A stretch of DNA of 64,000 nucleotides from Candidatus Beckwithbacteria bacterium GW2011_GWC1_49_16. GTDB lineage: Bacteria; Patescibacteriota; Microgenomatia; UBA1400; CG1-02-47-37. Below the pieces are notes generated by a model. It worked only from the letters and a program-made list of their open reading frames with translations. It was not told the origin of the DNA and ran no database searches. The stretch covers positions 841,280-905,279 of the forward strand of contig CP011210.1 in the NCBI GenBank assembly GCA_001029675.1. The letters are read 5' to 3'. Made by a program: the position numbers and the translations under genes. Positions within the stretch are counted from its first letter, which is position 1; every line of letters starts with the position of its first letter. Of this stretch, positions 35,896 through 45,848 are shown piece after piece.

Positions 35896-36579
35896 ATGTA
35901 TAAGCTCTCGCCATCTGACTTTGCTTACCTTTATGAGGAGTGCAAGCTGTGTTACTGGCTTAAAGTCAAAAAGGGCATTTACCAACCAAGCATGCCCATG
36001 CCGGGGGTGTTTTCGGCGATTAACACCAGGATCCAGGGGACTTTGATCGGCAAAAACTTGCAAAGTTTATCAGCCGACCTGCCCCAGGCGGTGGTGAAAA
36101 CCCAAGAGGGGTGGGTGGAGTCTAAGCTCGTGCCGGAGACCGGCGTTTACATCAAAGGTAAGTATGATTTGCTGGCTCAAGCTGCCGACGGGGGCAACTT
36201 TTTAGTTGACCTTAAGATCAGCCAGCCGCATGAGGATAAGATTGACAAATACAAAACCCAGCTCTCGGCCTACAAGTTTGCTTTGGAAAACCCTAAAAGC
36301 GGAGTGGGAGTTAAAATCGCCCGGATGGGATTACTCATCTTCTACCCTGACGCGGTGGCTTTTGAAAATGGCGCGGCTAGAGTCAACTTCCCCCCAAGCT
36401 GGCTGGAAATTCCCCTGGATGAGGCAGGCTTTTTGGCTTTTGCCAGAGAGGTTAACGCTTTGCTTGACGGGCCGGCGCCTGAAGAAGGGACGGGCTGTAA
36501 GTGGTGCCAATACCGGCATAAAGGTGAGGAAGAGACCCACGAAGAAGACGAGGTCAAGCAGCAGGATATTCCTTTTTGA
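35896..36579 (+). CDS. PD-(D/E)xK nuclease (Cas4/RecB-like)
   Basis: LSPS...CKLC, GKYD, VDLK, QLSAY, CKWC. Confidence 0.85.
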   Translation: MYKLSPSDFAYLYEECKLCYWLKVKKGIYQPSMPMPGVFSAINTRIQGTLIGKNLQSLSADLPQAVVKTQEGWVESKLVPETGVYIKGKYDLLAQAADGGNFLVDLKISQPHEDKIDKYKTQLSAYKFALENPKSGVGVKIARMGLLIFYPDAVAFENGAARVNFPPSWLEIPLDEAGFLAFAREVNALLDGPAPEEGTGCKWCQYRHKGEEETHEEDEVKQQDIPF

Positions 36580-36582
36580 AAC

Positions 36583-37035
36583 TTAGGCGGCTTCCGGAAA
36601 GTGAATGTGGGTGTTTAATTTACCAAAGAGGTTTTCGCGATTTTGTCTCTGAATGACAGGATTTTTATCTGCGGCCAAATCATAAACTTGGCTTTGAATC
36701 AGCTTCTCGGCATGAACGGAGGTGATGCCTAGGTCGCTTAGCTGACCCTTAAAGGCTTCGATGACTTTTTCATTTTCGTGGGCTCTGAGGTATTCGTCGG
36801 TAAAGACGGCCATGCCTTCGTCTAAAAATCCGGCTATGTGGCGGGTAACTCTGTCTATTCTTTCCGGGGGAATTTTTAAAACGGTGGAGAGGATTTCGAT
36901 CCTTCTTGGCAAGGGAACGCCCCTTTTTATCCTTAAGCTTTCAATCAGTTCACCGCCGACAAGGCGATGAAAGATGGTATAGTCCGGAAAAAACTGGGGT
37001 TTAGGTCTGCCTGTCTCGGTTTTTGCTTCAGCCAT
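36583..37035 (-). CDS. Orphan protein
   Basis: 150-aa ORF in the gap between plus-strand genes. Confidence 0.6.
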   Translation of the reverse strand: MAEAKTETGRPKPQFFPDYTIFHRLVGGELIESLRIKRGVPLPRRIEILSTVLKIPPERIDRVTRHIAGFLDEGMAVFTDEYLRAHENEKVIEAFKGQLSDLGITSVHAEKLIQSQVYDLAADKNPVIQRQNRENLFGKLNTHIHFPEAA

Positions 37036-37089
37036 AGAGATTTAGAGTTATAGGGTTAGGGTAAGTATAACATGAGATATAATAAAACT

Positions 37090-37647
37090 ATGCGCGCTAA
37101 AGGCCTGATATTAATTCTTTTGATTGTGGCGGTGGGTTTGGGGGTGTTAAGATATAGGCAAGAGGACTCTCCCAGCCCGAGCGAAGAGACGACTAAGGAG
37201 GTAGTAGACATGAAGCTAGTAAGCAGCGCTTTTGAGGAAGGCCAAGCGATTCCGGCTCAATATACCTGTGACGGGGACAATGTTTCTCCCCCGCTAACAG
37301 TTAGTGAGGTATCTGAGCAAGCTAAAAGTTTAGCCATGATTGTGGATGACCCAGACGCCCCGGCAGGAGACTGGGTGCATTGGCTGTGGTGGAATGCTTC
37401 GGGCGCCACGGCAGAAATTGCCGAGAACGCCACGCCTTCGGGGGCGATGGTGGGCAAAAACGACTTTGGCGCCAATGGTTATGGCGGGCCGTGCCCGCCG
37501 TCAGGGACGCACCGGTACCAGTTTAAACTTTTTGCTTTGGATGCGGCTTTGGACTTACCTGAAACTTCTGGCAAGGCGGGGTTACTTTCGGCGATGGAGG
37601 GGCATATTTTGGAACAGGTGATGCTGACGGGAACGTATTCAAGATAA
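37090..37647 (+). CDS. YbhB/YbcL (PEBP) family protein with N-terminal TM
   Basis: YTCDGDNVSPPL, DDPDAP, WVHW, YGGPCPPSGTHRY. Confidence 0.92.
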   Translation: MRAKGLILILLIVAVGLGVLRYRQEDSPSPSEETTKEVVDMKLVSSAFEEGQAIPAQYTCDGDNVSPPLTVSEVSEQAKSLAMIVDDPDAPAGDWVHWLWWNASGATAEIAENATPSGAMVGKNDFGANGYGGPCPPSGTHRYQFKLFALDAALDLPETSGKAGLLSAMEGHILEQVMLTGTYSR

Positions 37648-37662
37648 TATCAAAACTGTCTC

Positions 37663-37689
37663 TTGACATTATGATAATTTTGGCATAAT
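37663..37689 (+). promoter_or_regulatory. TA promoter/operator
   Basis: TTGACA at 37663; inverted repeat ATTATG...CATAAT. Confidence 0.5.
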
Positions 37690-37691
37690 AT

Positions 37692-37988
37692 ATGAAAGTA
37701 CTTTTTGATCCAAGGGTTAAAAAATTTCTTAAGAATATTTCTAAGCAAGAACGGGCTAAGGTGACTGAATACGTAGATCTTTTTAAGGAGTACGGCTTTG
37801 CTCTAGGGCAAAAGTATTTGAAAAAGGTGGATAATAAAATATGGGAGTTGCGCCCGGGCAAGATGAGAGTGTTTTTGTTCAAATACTCCGCTAACCATAT
37901 TGTTATTCACGCGATGTTTAAAAAGTCACAGAAAATTACTAAGGAAACAAAACAGTTATTAGCAAGTAGACTTAAGGAATATTTATGA
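37692..37988 (+). CDS. RelE/HigB (Gp49-like) toxin
   Basis: IWELRP, MRVFLF, HAMFKKSQK. Confidence 0.85.
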   Translation: MKVLFDPRVKKFLKNISKQERAKVTEYVDLFKEYGFALGQKYLKKVDNKIWELRPGKMRVFLFKYSANHIVIHAMFKKSQKITKETKQLLASRLKEYL

Positions 37989-38284
37989 AGAAAAAAATAG
38001 ATATTAGCAAGCTGACAACCTTTGAGGAACTTAAAGTTGAATGGATGAAAGATCCTGGCTTTAGGCGTGAATATCAAAAAGTCCAGCCTCATTACCAGCT
38101 GGCGCGGCAAATTATTGGCGCTAGGTTAAAAAAGAAAATGACCCAAGCGGAACTGGCAAAAAAGGCTAAAACGGGCCAGGCGGTAATTTCGCGGCTTGAG
38201 GGGATGAACGCCCAGCCGACGATTTCGCTTTTGCAAAGAATCGCCCAGGCCTTGAACACCAAAATTGAGCTGACCATTCGCTGA
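37985..38284 (+). CDS. HigA-like XRE HTH antitoxin
   Basis: [21 protein letters not shown]. Confidence 0.88.
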   Translation: MKKKIDISKLTTFEELKVEWMKDPGFRREYQKVQPHYQLARQIIGARLKKKMTQAELAKKAKTGQAVISRLEGMNAQPTISLLQRIAQALNTKIELTIR

Positions 38285-38715
38285 TGGTAAAAGTAGTTAA
38301 ATCCGACCGCCAGTGGGGGGAAAAATTAACTGACGAGCAGTTTAAGGTATTGAGGCGTTGCGGAACAGAACCACCGTTTACGGGGAAATACGTTCGTCAC
38401 AAAGGCAAGGGTATGTATGTTTGCGCCGGCTGCGGAGCGAAACTGTTTGACTCGGACACCAAGTATGACTCGCAGTCGGGCTGGCCGGCTTTTTGGGACG
38501 TGGTGGATAAAAAGGCGGTCAAGCTAACAGACGACAATACTTTGGGGATGAGTCGAACCGAAGTCACTTGTGCCAATTGCGGCGGGCACCTGGGACATGT
38601 ATTCAACGACGGACCCAAGGAAAAAACGGGGTTAAGGTACTGCATCAACTCGGCGGCTTTGGATTTTCAGCCAAAGGCTGATGGGTCTTTGGCCCATGAG
38701 GGGAAGGAAAAATGA
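38284..38715 (+). CDS. msrB: Peptide methionine sulfoxide reductase B
   Basis: [34 protein letters not shown]. Confidence 0.97.
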   Translation: MVKVVKSDRQWGEKLTDEQFKVLRRCGTEPPFTGKYVRHKGKGMYVCAGCGAKLFDSDTKYDSQSGWPAFWDVVDKKAVKLTDDNTLGMSRTEVTCANCGGHLGHVFNDGPKEKTGLRYCINSAALDFQPKADGSLAHEGKEK

Positions 38716-39578
38716 AAGATAAGTATAACGCCACCTGGGTGTCGTATTCATCGATTTCGGACTGGTTGCGCTGCCCTCGGGCCTACTACTTTAAAAACGT
38801 CTATAAAAACCCCAAGACGGGTAGGAAAATCAGCCTGATGGCCCCGCCTTTGGCTTTGGGCCAGGCGGTGCACGAGGTGATCGAGGGCTTGTCGACCTTA
38901 GCGGTGGATAAACGCTTTGACACGCCGTTGGTTACCAGGCTGGAACAAGCCTGGAAGAAAATTTCCGGCAAGCGGGGTGGGTTTTCTGATCGTGACCAGG
39001 AAGCAAGATTTTTGGACCGGGCCAAGGTCATGCTTAAGCGAGTGAACGACCATCCGGGGCCTTTGAAAAATTTGGCGGTAAAAATTAAAACCGAGGGCGG
39101 GATGACGCCGTATTTTTGGCTGTCGGAAGCTGACGAGATCATTTTGGTGGGCAGGATCGACTGGCTGGAATATTTGGCGGACAAGGAAGCAGTGCACATC
39201 ATCGACTTTAAGACGGGTAAGACAAAACAGAAAGACGGCTCGCTCCAGCTGCCGATCTACTTGCTTCTGGCCGAAAACCTGCAAGAGCGGCCGGTGAAAA
39301 AAGTAAGTTATTGGTATATTGAACAGAGTAACGCTCCGGAAGAGCAAAAAATGCCGGTGAAAGAAAAAGCCGAACAAGACGTCTTAAAGGTAGCCAAGGA
39401 AATTAGTCTGGCTAAAAAACTTAATCGCTTTGTCTGCCCCCACGGCGGCTGCCCGGCCTGCCGCGAAATGGAGGCGGTAACTGAAGGTAAAGCCGAGATG
39501 GTGGGGGTGGACGAGATCGGCCGGGAGGTGTATGTTTTGGAGCACGGCAAAGCGGCTTTTGAAAGCGAGCTGCTATAA
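38712..39578 (+). CDS. PD-(D/E)xK nuclease (RecB/AddB-like)
   Basis: SYSSI...CPR, GRID, IIDFKTG, QLPIY. Confidence 0.88.
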   Translation: MKDKYNATWVSYSSISDWLRCPRAYYFKNVYKNPKTGRKISLMAPPLALGQAVHEVIEGLSTLAVDKRFDTPLVTRLEQAWKKISGKRGGFSDRDQEARFLDRAKVMLKRVNDHPGPLKNLAVKIKTEGGMTPYFWLSEADEIILVGRIDWLEYLADKEAVHIIDFKTGKTKQKDGSLQLPIYLLLAENLQERPVKKVSYWYIEQSNAPEEQKMPVKEKAEQDVLKVAKEISLAKKLNRFVCPHGGCPACREMEAVTEGKAEMVGVDEIGREVYVLEHGKAAFESELL

Positions 39579-39590
39579 TAGAAAAAGCTC

Positions 39591-40679
39591 ATGAGCATTT
39601 TGGCTAAGGATTTTTTAAAGACCGAAGGGATATTGACCGGAGAGCCTAACGACAGCTTGGCGTCGGCACTAGCAAAACTTAATTCCAGCCACGGGGCGGT
39701 GTTTGTGACTGAAGGCAAGAAACTCCTGGGGCTGATCAGCCCTTATCACGTCTTGTACCGGTCAAACTTTCCCGGTGAGAGTAAACTCAAAAACTGTTTG
39801 TTTCGCCCGCCGAAACTATCCCCTGACACGCCGGTGGCCAAGATCGCCCGTCTCATGGTCGAGTCCAAGGTTTACTATTTGCCGGTGGTTGACTTGGAGG
39901 ACAATCTTTTAGGGATCGTGTCGTACCGGCGGATTTTGCGCTGGCTTAAAGATAACGGCTTGATCGGCGAGTTTGGCGATTTGATGAAACCAAAAGCGAT
40001 GATTTCGATTAAGGAAGACGAGGCTTTGGGGCGGGCCCGGACTTTAATGAAGCCGGGCGGAGTCAGCCGTTTGATGGTGACGGCCCCTTCGGGGAAATTG
40101 ATCGGCATTTTGACCCGGTATGATTTAAGGTTGGCTTTGGCCGAGCCGCAAAACTCGCAGAAATCTTGGTCGCGGGCAGGGAGCAAAGACGGTTTGGCGG
40201 ATAGACAAGTCAGACCGTACATAAAACGGGCGGTGGCGACTTTGGGGCGGGATAAAGATATCAAACAAGCCATCGAGCTGATTTTGACCCGGACTATCGG
40301 CAGCGTAGTCTTAGTCAACAACAAGTACCAACCGGTGGGGCTGGTGTCGGTCCACGACATCTTAAACAGGCTGGCGGAAAGAGAACAAGGCAGTAAGAAC
40401 CCCTTGAGCTTTAATTTGCCGGATGGGTTCCGCTATCGGGAAACTTTGAAACGCAAGGTAAGAAAAAGCTTTAGAAAACTTTCCCGGCGGGGGAAAATCC
40501 TGACCTACCGCGTGACGGTCAAACAAAAACTTAACCGCGCCGGTAAAGTCAGCCGCTATGAGGTAATAATCGGAGTGAAACTGCCCAACCGGGCGGAGCT
40601 TAGCACCAAGGTGGTAGAATATGACGCGGTCAAGGCCGTTAACCAGGCTTTGGATAAAATCGCCGCCCAGATGGAGTAA
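39591..40679 (+). CDS. 4xCBS domain protein with HPF-like C-terminal domain
   Basis: LLGLIS, LPVVD...LLGIVS, LIGILTRYD, VGLVSVHD; C-terminal DAVKAVNQALDKIAAQM. Confidence 0.75.
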   Translation: MSILAKDFLKTEGILTGEPNDSLASALAKLNSSHGAVFVTEGKKLLGLISPYHVLYRSNFPGESKLKNCLFRPPKLSPDTPVAKIARLMVESKVYYLPVVDLEDNLLGIVSYRRILRWLKDNGLIGEFGDLMKPKAMISIKEDEALGRARTLMKPGGVSRLMVTAPSGKLIGILTRYDLRLALAEPQNSQKSWSRAGSKDGLADRQVRPYIKRAVATLGRDKDIKQAIELILTRTIGSVVLVNNKYQPVGLVSVHDILNRLAEREQGSKNPLSFNLPDGFRYRETLKRKVRKSFRKLSRRGKILTYRVTVKQKLNRAGKVSRYEVIIGVKLPNRAELSTKVVEYDAVKAVNQALDKIAAQME

Positions 40680-40689
40680 AATGGTGACG

Positions 40690-41064
40690 ATGAAGCTTAG
40701 TCAACAAAAATGCGTCCCTTGCCGCGGCGGCGTGCCGCCGATGAAGCGGAGTTTGATTAAAGAGTATATTAAAAAGGTAAATCCGGGCTGGCGGGTGAAA
40801 CACGTGGAGCTACCTGGGGCAAAGGACGGTGAGGGGGCCAAGATTGTGCGGCGGTTCACTTTCAAAAACTTTGCGGCGGCTTTGGAGTTTGTCAACCAGG
40901 TGGGGGCGATTGCTGAAGGTGAGGACCACCACCCGAATATTCACTTAACTAACTGGAACAAGGTCAAGTTAGTTTTATTCACCCATAAAATTAACGGGCT
41001 TCACGCTAATGACTTTATCCTGGCGGCCAAAATTGATAAACTGGCTCATGACTTTGAAGGATAG
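40690..41064 (+). CDS. Pterin-4-alpha-carbinolamine dehydratase
   Basis: CVPC, FKNF, AEGEDHHP, THKINGLHANDFILAAKID. Confidence 0.93.
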   Translation: MKLSQQKCVPCRGGVPPMKRSLIKEYIKKVNPGWRVKHVELPGAKDGEGAKIVRRFTFKNFAAALEFVNQVGAIAEGEDHHPNIHLTNWNKVKLVLFTHKINGLHANDFILAAKIDKLAHDFEG

Positions 41065-41350
41065 AGTTTATAAACTGACCAGCCGCATCCCTAAAGGCAA
41101 AGTGACCACTTATGGCGCTATCGCCAAAAAACTTGGCGTCGGCAGTGCCCGGCCGATCGGCAATATCCTCCACGTTAATCCTTACGCCCCCAAAGTCCCC
41201 TGCCACCGGGTGGTGTCTTCAACCGGTAGGCTCGCCAAAAACTTTGGCGCTCCCGGCAAAATCGCCACCCACGCTAAGTTGTTACGCGCCGAAGGCGTTA
41301 CCGTCACCAACAATCGCGTGAGCTTAAAAAAATATTTATGGACACCCTAG
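41048..41350 (+). CDS. MGMT/Ogt-family C-terminal domain protein
   Basis: IPKGKVTTYG, PCHRVV, LLRAEGV. Confidence 0.9.
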   Translation: MTLKDRVYKLTSRIPKGKVTTYGAIAKKLGVGSARPIGNILHVNPYAPKVPCHRVVSSTGRLAKNFGAPGKIATHAKLLRAEGVTVTNNRVSLKKYLWTP

Positions 41351-41357
41351 CTTAATT

Positions 41358-41382
41358 CAGGCTTCACACACCGGGTGCGTGA
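41358..41382. repeat. REP-like palindrome copy 5
   Basis: CAGGCT-TCACACACCGGGTGCGTGA. Confidence 0.8.
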
Positions 41383-41386
41383 TAGT

Positions 41387-41893
41387 TTAGGTAATTTCAA
41401 CAATTTGGGCGGAGTTGGTTTTGGTGTCGTAGATAGCGTAAGTGGCGCGAACGTAACCTTTGCCCGGCACGATGCCACAAACAGCACCAGGGTTGACCAG
41501 TAAAGATTGGCCAATTTTTTTGTTGACTACCTGGTGGGTGTGACCAAAGAAAACGGCATCGTAGTCGCCGGTTTTGGCCAAAAGCTCTCCCAATTTAGGA
41601 TAGTGACAGAAAGCAATCTTCTTTTTATCGAGTTCGACCTCGCCAAACTCTTTGGTTAAAGGAGTCCAGGTAAAATTATCACCCCCTCTTTGTAACATGG
41701 CAATGTGGTCTTCGTCGACATTGCCCAAGCAAGCGTAAATCGGCAGGCCAATTTGCCCCATCGCCCCGGCTGTAAAAGGAGCGCACATATCCCCTAAAAA
41801 GATAATGGCTTCCACCTTAGCTTTTATTTGTTGGGCAATTTTTTCCAGATTACCAATGTGGTCGTGAATGTCAGATAAAATGGCAATTTTCAT
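41387..41893 (-). CDS. YfcE-like metallophosphoesterase
   Basis: SDIH, GD, GNVD, CH, GHTH, NPG. Confidence 0.93.
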   Translation of the reverse strand: MKIAILSDIHDHIGNLEKIAQQIKAKVEAIIFLGDMCAPFTAGAMGQIGLPIYACLGNVDEDHIAMLQRGGDNFTWTPLTKEFGEVELDKKKIAFCHYPKLGELLAKTGDYDAVFFGHTHQVVNKKIGQSLLVNPGAVCGIVPGKGYVRATYAIYDTKTNSAQIVEIT

Positions 41894-41906
41894 TGGTTAC
41901 ATTATA

Positions 41907-41922
41907 CAGGCTTCACACCCCG
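41907..41922. repeat. Half copy of REP-like palindrome
   Basis: CAGGCTTCACACCCCG matches 41358-41373 at 15/16; supplies the stop of the 644-aa ORF. Confidence 0.65.
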
Positions 41923-43847
41923 ACAATCGCCTGTTGCTGTTTTATATCTTTGGCTTTAAAAAATTCAAGCATTCTATTCGTCCCTCCTGAGGTGCTTCTG
42001 GTATGAGCGACAAACTCCCATAAATCCTTGAGCCAGCCTCTGGCATCTTGGGTGCGTAAAAGAGACGTATAGCCAAACCCCATATTTTCCGGAAATTCTA
42101 TGTCTTCCAGAGCTTGGTTATTTTTCTGAGCCACAATCACCTTGGCAATTGGTTCTGAAATAAGATCGTTTTCATGACGTTGCAACGCTAATTCTTGTTT
42201 TTTCCTTAAATATTCTGTGCTTTCGGCAAAGGCCTGCAAGTTGGCGTCTTGCCAGTCTGATGCTTCCGGTATCTGACCAAGCGCATAGCCTTTATCAGCT
42301 AAAATTCTATCTATATGTCTGGCTGAGTCTACCTCTAACACGTCGGGCATGAAACCCATGCGCCGTTTGTGCTCCGTCTCGCTATCAAGGTCTGCTATGA
42401 AAGCGGCTACTTCCGAGTTTTGGATAGATTGACTTAAAGCTTTTCGGGTGGCCTGCCGAGAGGTTGGTTGATCGGCCGCAAATGCCTGAGGATTGAAGTC
42501 ATTACCCCCAAGCATGTCCATGTTGGGATCTTGAAGCGATTTTAACACTGCCTCCTCGTATTGTTTGACAAAAATCGGATTGGCCAGAAGCCTGGCTCTG
42601 GCAGTTTCGTCGGCAGGCAGATCGCCCAGAAAAAAAAGCAGTCGTTTTTCCAACAAACCTTGTGCCGTGGCCGCACGCTGGCTTTGATGCATTAAATCCA
42701 ATAAAGCCCAATGGGCCCGCGATTCTGGTCGATCTAGGGGTTGTTTCAAATCCTCAATCAAGGACTGTCTAACACTATCTTTGGCGGCATCCCCTTGTTT
42801 ATCTAATAAAACTCTATGCTCTATCCACTTGCTGGTTAAATAGGCAATAATAATCAACTCATGATAACTGCATTCCTGCTCTAAAAAAGTCGATAAAGAA
42901 GCTTGTGTTTGGGAAAGGCTCATGTTTTTAATGTCTTTTTCTAATTTTTGCTGCCGGTAACCTACTCTGTCTAGATCCACTAAGGCCATTTCGTAGGCTT
43001 TGGCTACTGTTTTCGGCTCCATTGTTTTAATTTTTTCTCTTAAACGACTGGCTAAATAACCGCTCGTTCCCCGCATGCGCTCGGCTGCATCTTTTTGCCT
43101 ACGTTGATCACCCTGCTTAAAGGCCGAGCGCGAAGCTTTTAAATCAACTTCGTAGTCGGCAAAATCATAATAAGTAAACATTTCGTCAGTTTGAGAGGGG
43201 TCTAGCTGGTTGATAGCAGTGTTGATTCTGGCCATTTGCCCGACTGAAAGTCTAGTCTGTTCCCATTCCCCCCATTGATCCAATTCTCCCAGGGAATACT
43301 TTACTGCCGCCATAATGTCCTCTTCTGTGGTTGGGGTTTCAGGTAAAGTTAAGTTGGTTCTGGCGGCAAAAAGGCTCAGGTTATTGCTGGCGTAGGCAAC
43401 CGTCTTTTCCAAAACTGTCGTGCTTTCATCGATGTTTCTGGCGTGATCTTCTTCTTGCTGTTTTTCATTTTCTTCTTGCTCAACGAGCTTGCGGACTAGT
43501 CCAGGATTGGAGGCCGAGTGTAAGTAATGAGTCGCTTCTTCGTCTCGGGTGCGGCGATGAATTAAGGCGTCAGAGGATAACACCTCATCGCTCTCAAAAG
43601 AAATTTCACCGACACTTTTATCTCCTTCCTTAGTCGCCCGGAATGAGCCTATTGCCATTGGAGGGCGCTGGTTGGATAAGCGGAGGGGCAAATTGGCGGA
43701 AAGGTGCTCCAGGCTTGCTGCGGAAATGCCTAAAAAGGTGGCCATGTCTTTGACGCTTTGATTTAATCTTTCGTCTGGAGAAATGGGCTGCTCCGCACCT
43801 TTTTGTTTAAAACCTGATTCGATCACTCCGGTGGGGTTTTCGGGCAT
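41913..43847 (-). CDS. Large orphan helical protein
   Basis: 644 aa; EEATHYLH resembles a degenerate metallopeptidase motif; TATAAT-8nt-ATG. Confidence 0.7.
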   Translation of the reverse strand: MPENPTGVIESGFKQKGAEQPISPDERLNQSVKDMATFLGISAASLEHLSANLPLRLSNQRPPMAIGSFRATKEGDKSVGEISFESDEVLSSDALIHRRTRDEEATHYLHSASNPGLVRKLVEQEENEKQQEEDHARNIDESTTVLEKTVAYASNNLSLFAARTNLTLPETPTTEEDIMAAVKYSLGELDQWGEWEQTRLSVGQMARINTAINQLDPSQTDEMFTYYDFADYEVDLKASRSAFKQGDQRRQKDAAERMRGTSGYLASRLREKIKTMEPKTVAKAYEMALVDLDRVGYRQQKLEKDIKNMSLSQTQASLSTFLEQECSYHELIIIAYLTSKWIEHRVLLDKQGDAAKDSVRQSLIEDLKQPLDRPESRAHWALLDLMHQSQRAATAQGLLEKRLLFFLGDLPADETARARLLANPIFVKQYEEAVLKSLQDPNMDMLGGNDFNPQAFAADQPTSRQATRKALSQSIQNSEVAAFIADLDSETEHKRRMGFMPDVLEVDSARHIDRILADKGYALGQIPEASDWQDANLQAFAESTEYLRKKQELALQRHENDLISEPIAKVIVAQKNNQALEDIEFPENMGFGYTSLLRTQDARGWLKDLWEFVAHTRSTSGGTNRMLEFFKAKDIKQQQAIVGV

Positions 43848-43922
43848 ATGCCTAAATTATAATAGCAAAACGGCGAGGGTGGGTGGGGTGGTAAGTTTTA
43901 ACGATTATGGTAGACTAGGTTG

Positions 43923-44549
43923 ATGAAAAAAGTCAGTGGGTTTTTCATCTTGCTTCTTCTGGGTGCTTTGGGTGCGGCGGGATATTTTGCCTGGCAAAAT
44001 TATCAGTTAAGGTCAAAACCGCAGCCTTCACAACTTCAACCTAAAGAAGTTCAGCTCCAACCGACCCCAACCGCTCAAACCGCTCAAGTAGATGAATTTT
44101 CCGATTGGTTAGACTTTGGCAGCAGGACAGATCTCTTTACCATTAAACATCCAAAAAATGTCAGCGTGGGACAAACGCCAGACAACTACATTCAAGTATC
44201 TGTCTGGGGGCCCACCCAAGAAAAAGACACCGAGTTTTATGACGGCATCAACCTGTTATTTAAATTTAATCCCCTAAATGGACAAACCCTAGAAGCTGTG
44301 GTTGACAATAGCGTTCAAGAGTCTCAAGTGGTGGGCGAAATCATTACGGCTAAGACGCCGATGAGCTTAAATAATTATGATGGCTTTACTTATACCAGCC
44401 AGGGCTTGGGGGTTTTCCGGTATATTTTCCTAGAATGGCCTGGGCAAGGATATATGGAAATAATTGACGGCACTAACGACCCCACCGGCCAAGGCTACAA
44501 AGAAATCGTTGAAAAGATTCTTTTGACTTTGGAGTACTCCGCTGTTTAG
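43923..44549 (+). CDS. Exported hypothetical protein
   Basis: N-terminal TM and Pro/Gln linker; FTIKHP. Confidence 0.75.
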   Translation: MKKVSGFFILLLLGALGAAGYFAWQNYQLRSKPQPSQLQPKEVQLQPTPTAQTAQVDEFSDWLDFGSRTDLFTIKHPKNVSVGQTPDNYIQVSVWGPTQEKDTEFYDGINLLFKFNPLNGQTLEAVVDNSVQESQVVGEIITAKTPMSLNNYDGFTYTSQGLGVFRYIFLEWPGQGYMEIIDGTNDPTGQGYKEIVEKILLTLEYSAV

Positions 44550-44599
44550 GCGGGGGTGATCGAAATCGGGCTGGCGGCGAAAGTGAATGGGGTGAGGGG

Positions 44600-44893
44600 C
44601 TAGGATTCTAAAACTCGAAGCTGGCTAATATGCCTAAAGTCTGCGTCTTGAGTAACATCAAACTTAGCTGTAGCTACTTGTTGGCCTAATACCGGAACGC
44701 CCTGCTCCCATGCTTTTCTTGATTTATGATTGCCGTCTGTGACGTAGGGCCTACCCTTGGCGTCTTTGCCAAATTTAATCGGGTCTTTTAAATTTACCTT
44801 TTTAATTCCGCTTCTATAGACTCTAGTCTCTTGGGTATAAAGGCTGTTGGGATCAAGAGAAATTATTTTGGGTTCCGACTCATTTTCTGGCAT
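44600..44893 (-). CDS. Small ParB/Srx-like protein
   Basis: PI...YVTDGNHK. Confidence 0.55.
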   Translation of the reverse strand: MPENESEPKIISLDPNSLYTQETRVYRSGIKKVNLKDPIKFGKDAKGRPYVTDGNHKSRKAWEQGVPVLGQQVATAKFDVTQDADFRHISQLRVLES

Positions 44894-44906
44894 AGCCTTA
44901 TTTTAC

Positions 44907-45776
44907 CTAGGAAACGGGAATTTTTCTTTTGCCAAAAGTGACGGCGTAACCGCCGACTTTGACGCCACCGCGTAGGTTAACGTACATTTTGCCGCCTTTG
45001 CCTAAGATATAGCCCTGCTCGATAACCAGCTGATCTTTATCGGTTAGGCCGTATTTTTGGACGTAGCAGCCCAAGGCGTCGGCGGCAATGCCGGTAATCG
45101 GGTCTTCGTCGATGCCGATTAGGGGATTAAACTGGCGGGCGTGAAAATCGCTGCCCGCCTCCATGGTTTGGCTGGTGAAGGGGTAAAACCCCCGACAATC
45201 TCCGTGAGCGCGGTAGTTTTTGATGCCGGCTAAATCTGGCTTAATACTTTTGAGGCTTATCAGTGAATCGACGGGGATCATTAGTTTAGCCACGCCGCCG
45301 GTGGAGACGCTTTGGAGAGGGTAGTTTAACAAGTGGTTTGCGTTTAGATTGAGCAATTTAGCGATCACCTCTTTGTCCGGTTCGGGACGGTAAAACTTGG
45401 GAGCAGATTGTTCCATGACCATCATGCCGTCCTGGCGGCAAAAAACTGCCAGGGTTCCTGCTTGGGTGACTTGGTTGGCTTTAACTTCTTTTTGGCCGGC
45501 AAGGTTGATTTGGATTTCTTGGACAAGAATGTGGAAAGCGGCGATGGTGGCGTGGCCACAAAGGGGCACTTCTGTTTTGGAAGTGAAGAACCTAACCCTA
45601 AAAGTAGACTTTTGCGGCAGCGCCTGAACAAACGCCGACTCGGAAAAGCCGAGCTTGCTGGCTATCTGCAACATTTGCTTGTCGCTTAAGTCGCCTGCTT
45701 CCAGGATAACGCCAGCGGGGTTGCCTTGATTGGGGTCTTTGGTAAAGGCTTTAACCAGGAAGGCTTCTTTGTCCAT
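44907..45776 (-). CDS. PhzF family isomerase
   Basis: AFT...GNPAGV, SESAF, EVPLCGHATIA, DEDPITG. Confidence 0.92.
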   Translation of the reverse strand: MDKEAFLVKAFTKDPNQGNPAGVILEAGDLSDKQMLQIASKLGFSESAFVQALPQKSTFRVRFFTSKTEVPLCGHATIAAFHILVQEIQINLAGQKEVKANQVTQAGTLAVFCRQDGMMVMEQSAPKFYRPEPDKEVIAKLLNLNANHLLNYPLQSVSTGGVAKLMIPVDSLISLKSIKPDLAGIKNYRAHGDCRGFYPFTSQTMEAGSDFHARQFNPLIGIDEDPITGIAADALGCYVQKYGLTDKDQLVIEQGYILGKGGKMYVNLRGGVKVGGYAVTFGKRKIPVS

Positions 45777-45848
45777 AGAGAAATTTTAGCACGAGGAGCT
45801 TGGGGGTGAGGGCGGATGGGGTGGTTTTTCTTTATCTGTCTTGAGAAA

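Noticed and set aside
37692-38284. HigBA-type pair as novel
   Set aside because: Ordinary toxin-first type II TA system.
43871-45825. G-rich tracts as G-quadruplex switches
   Set aside because: Most have only two or three G3+ runs; better explained as diverged repeats or strand bias.
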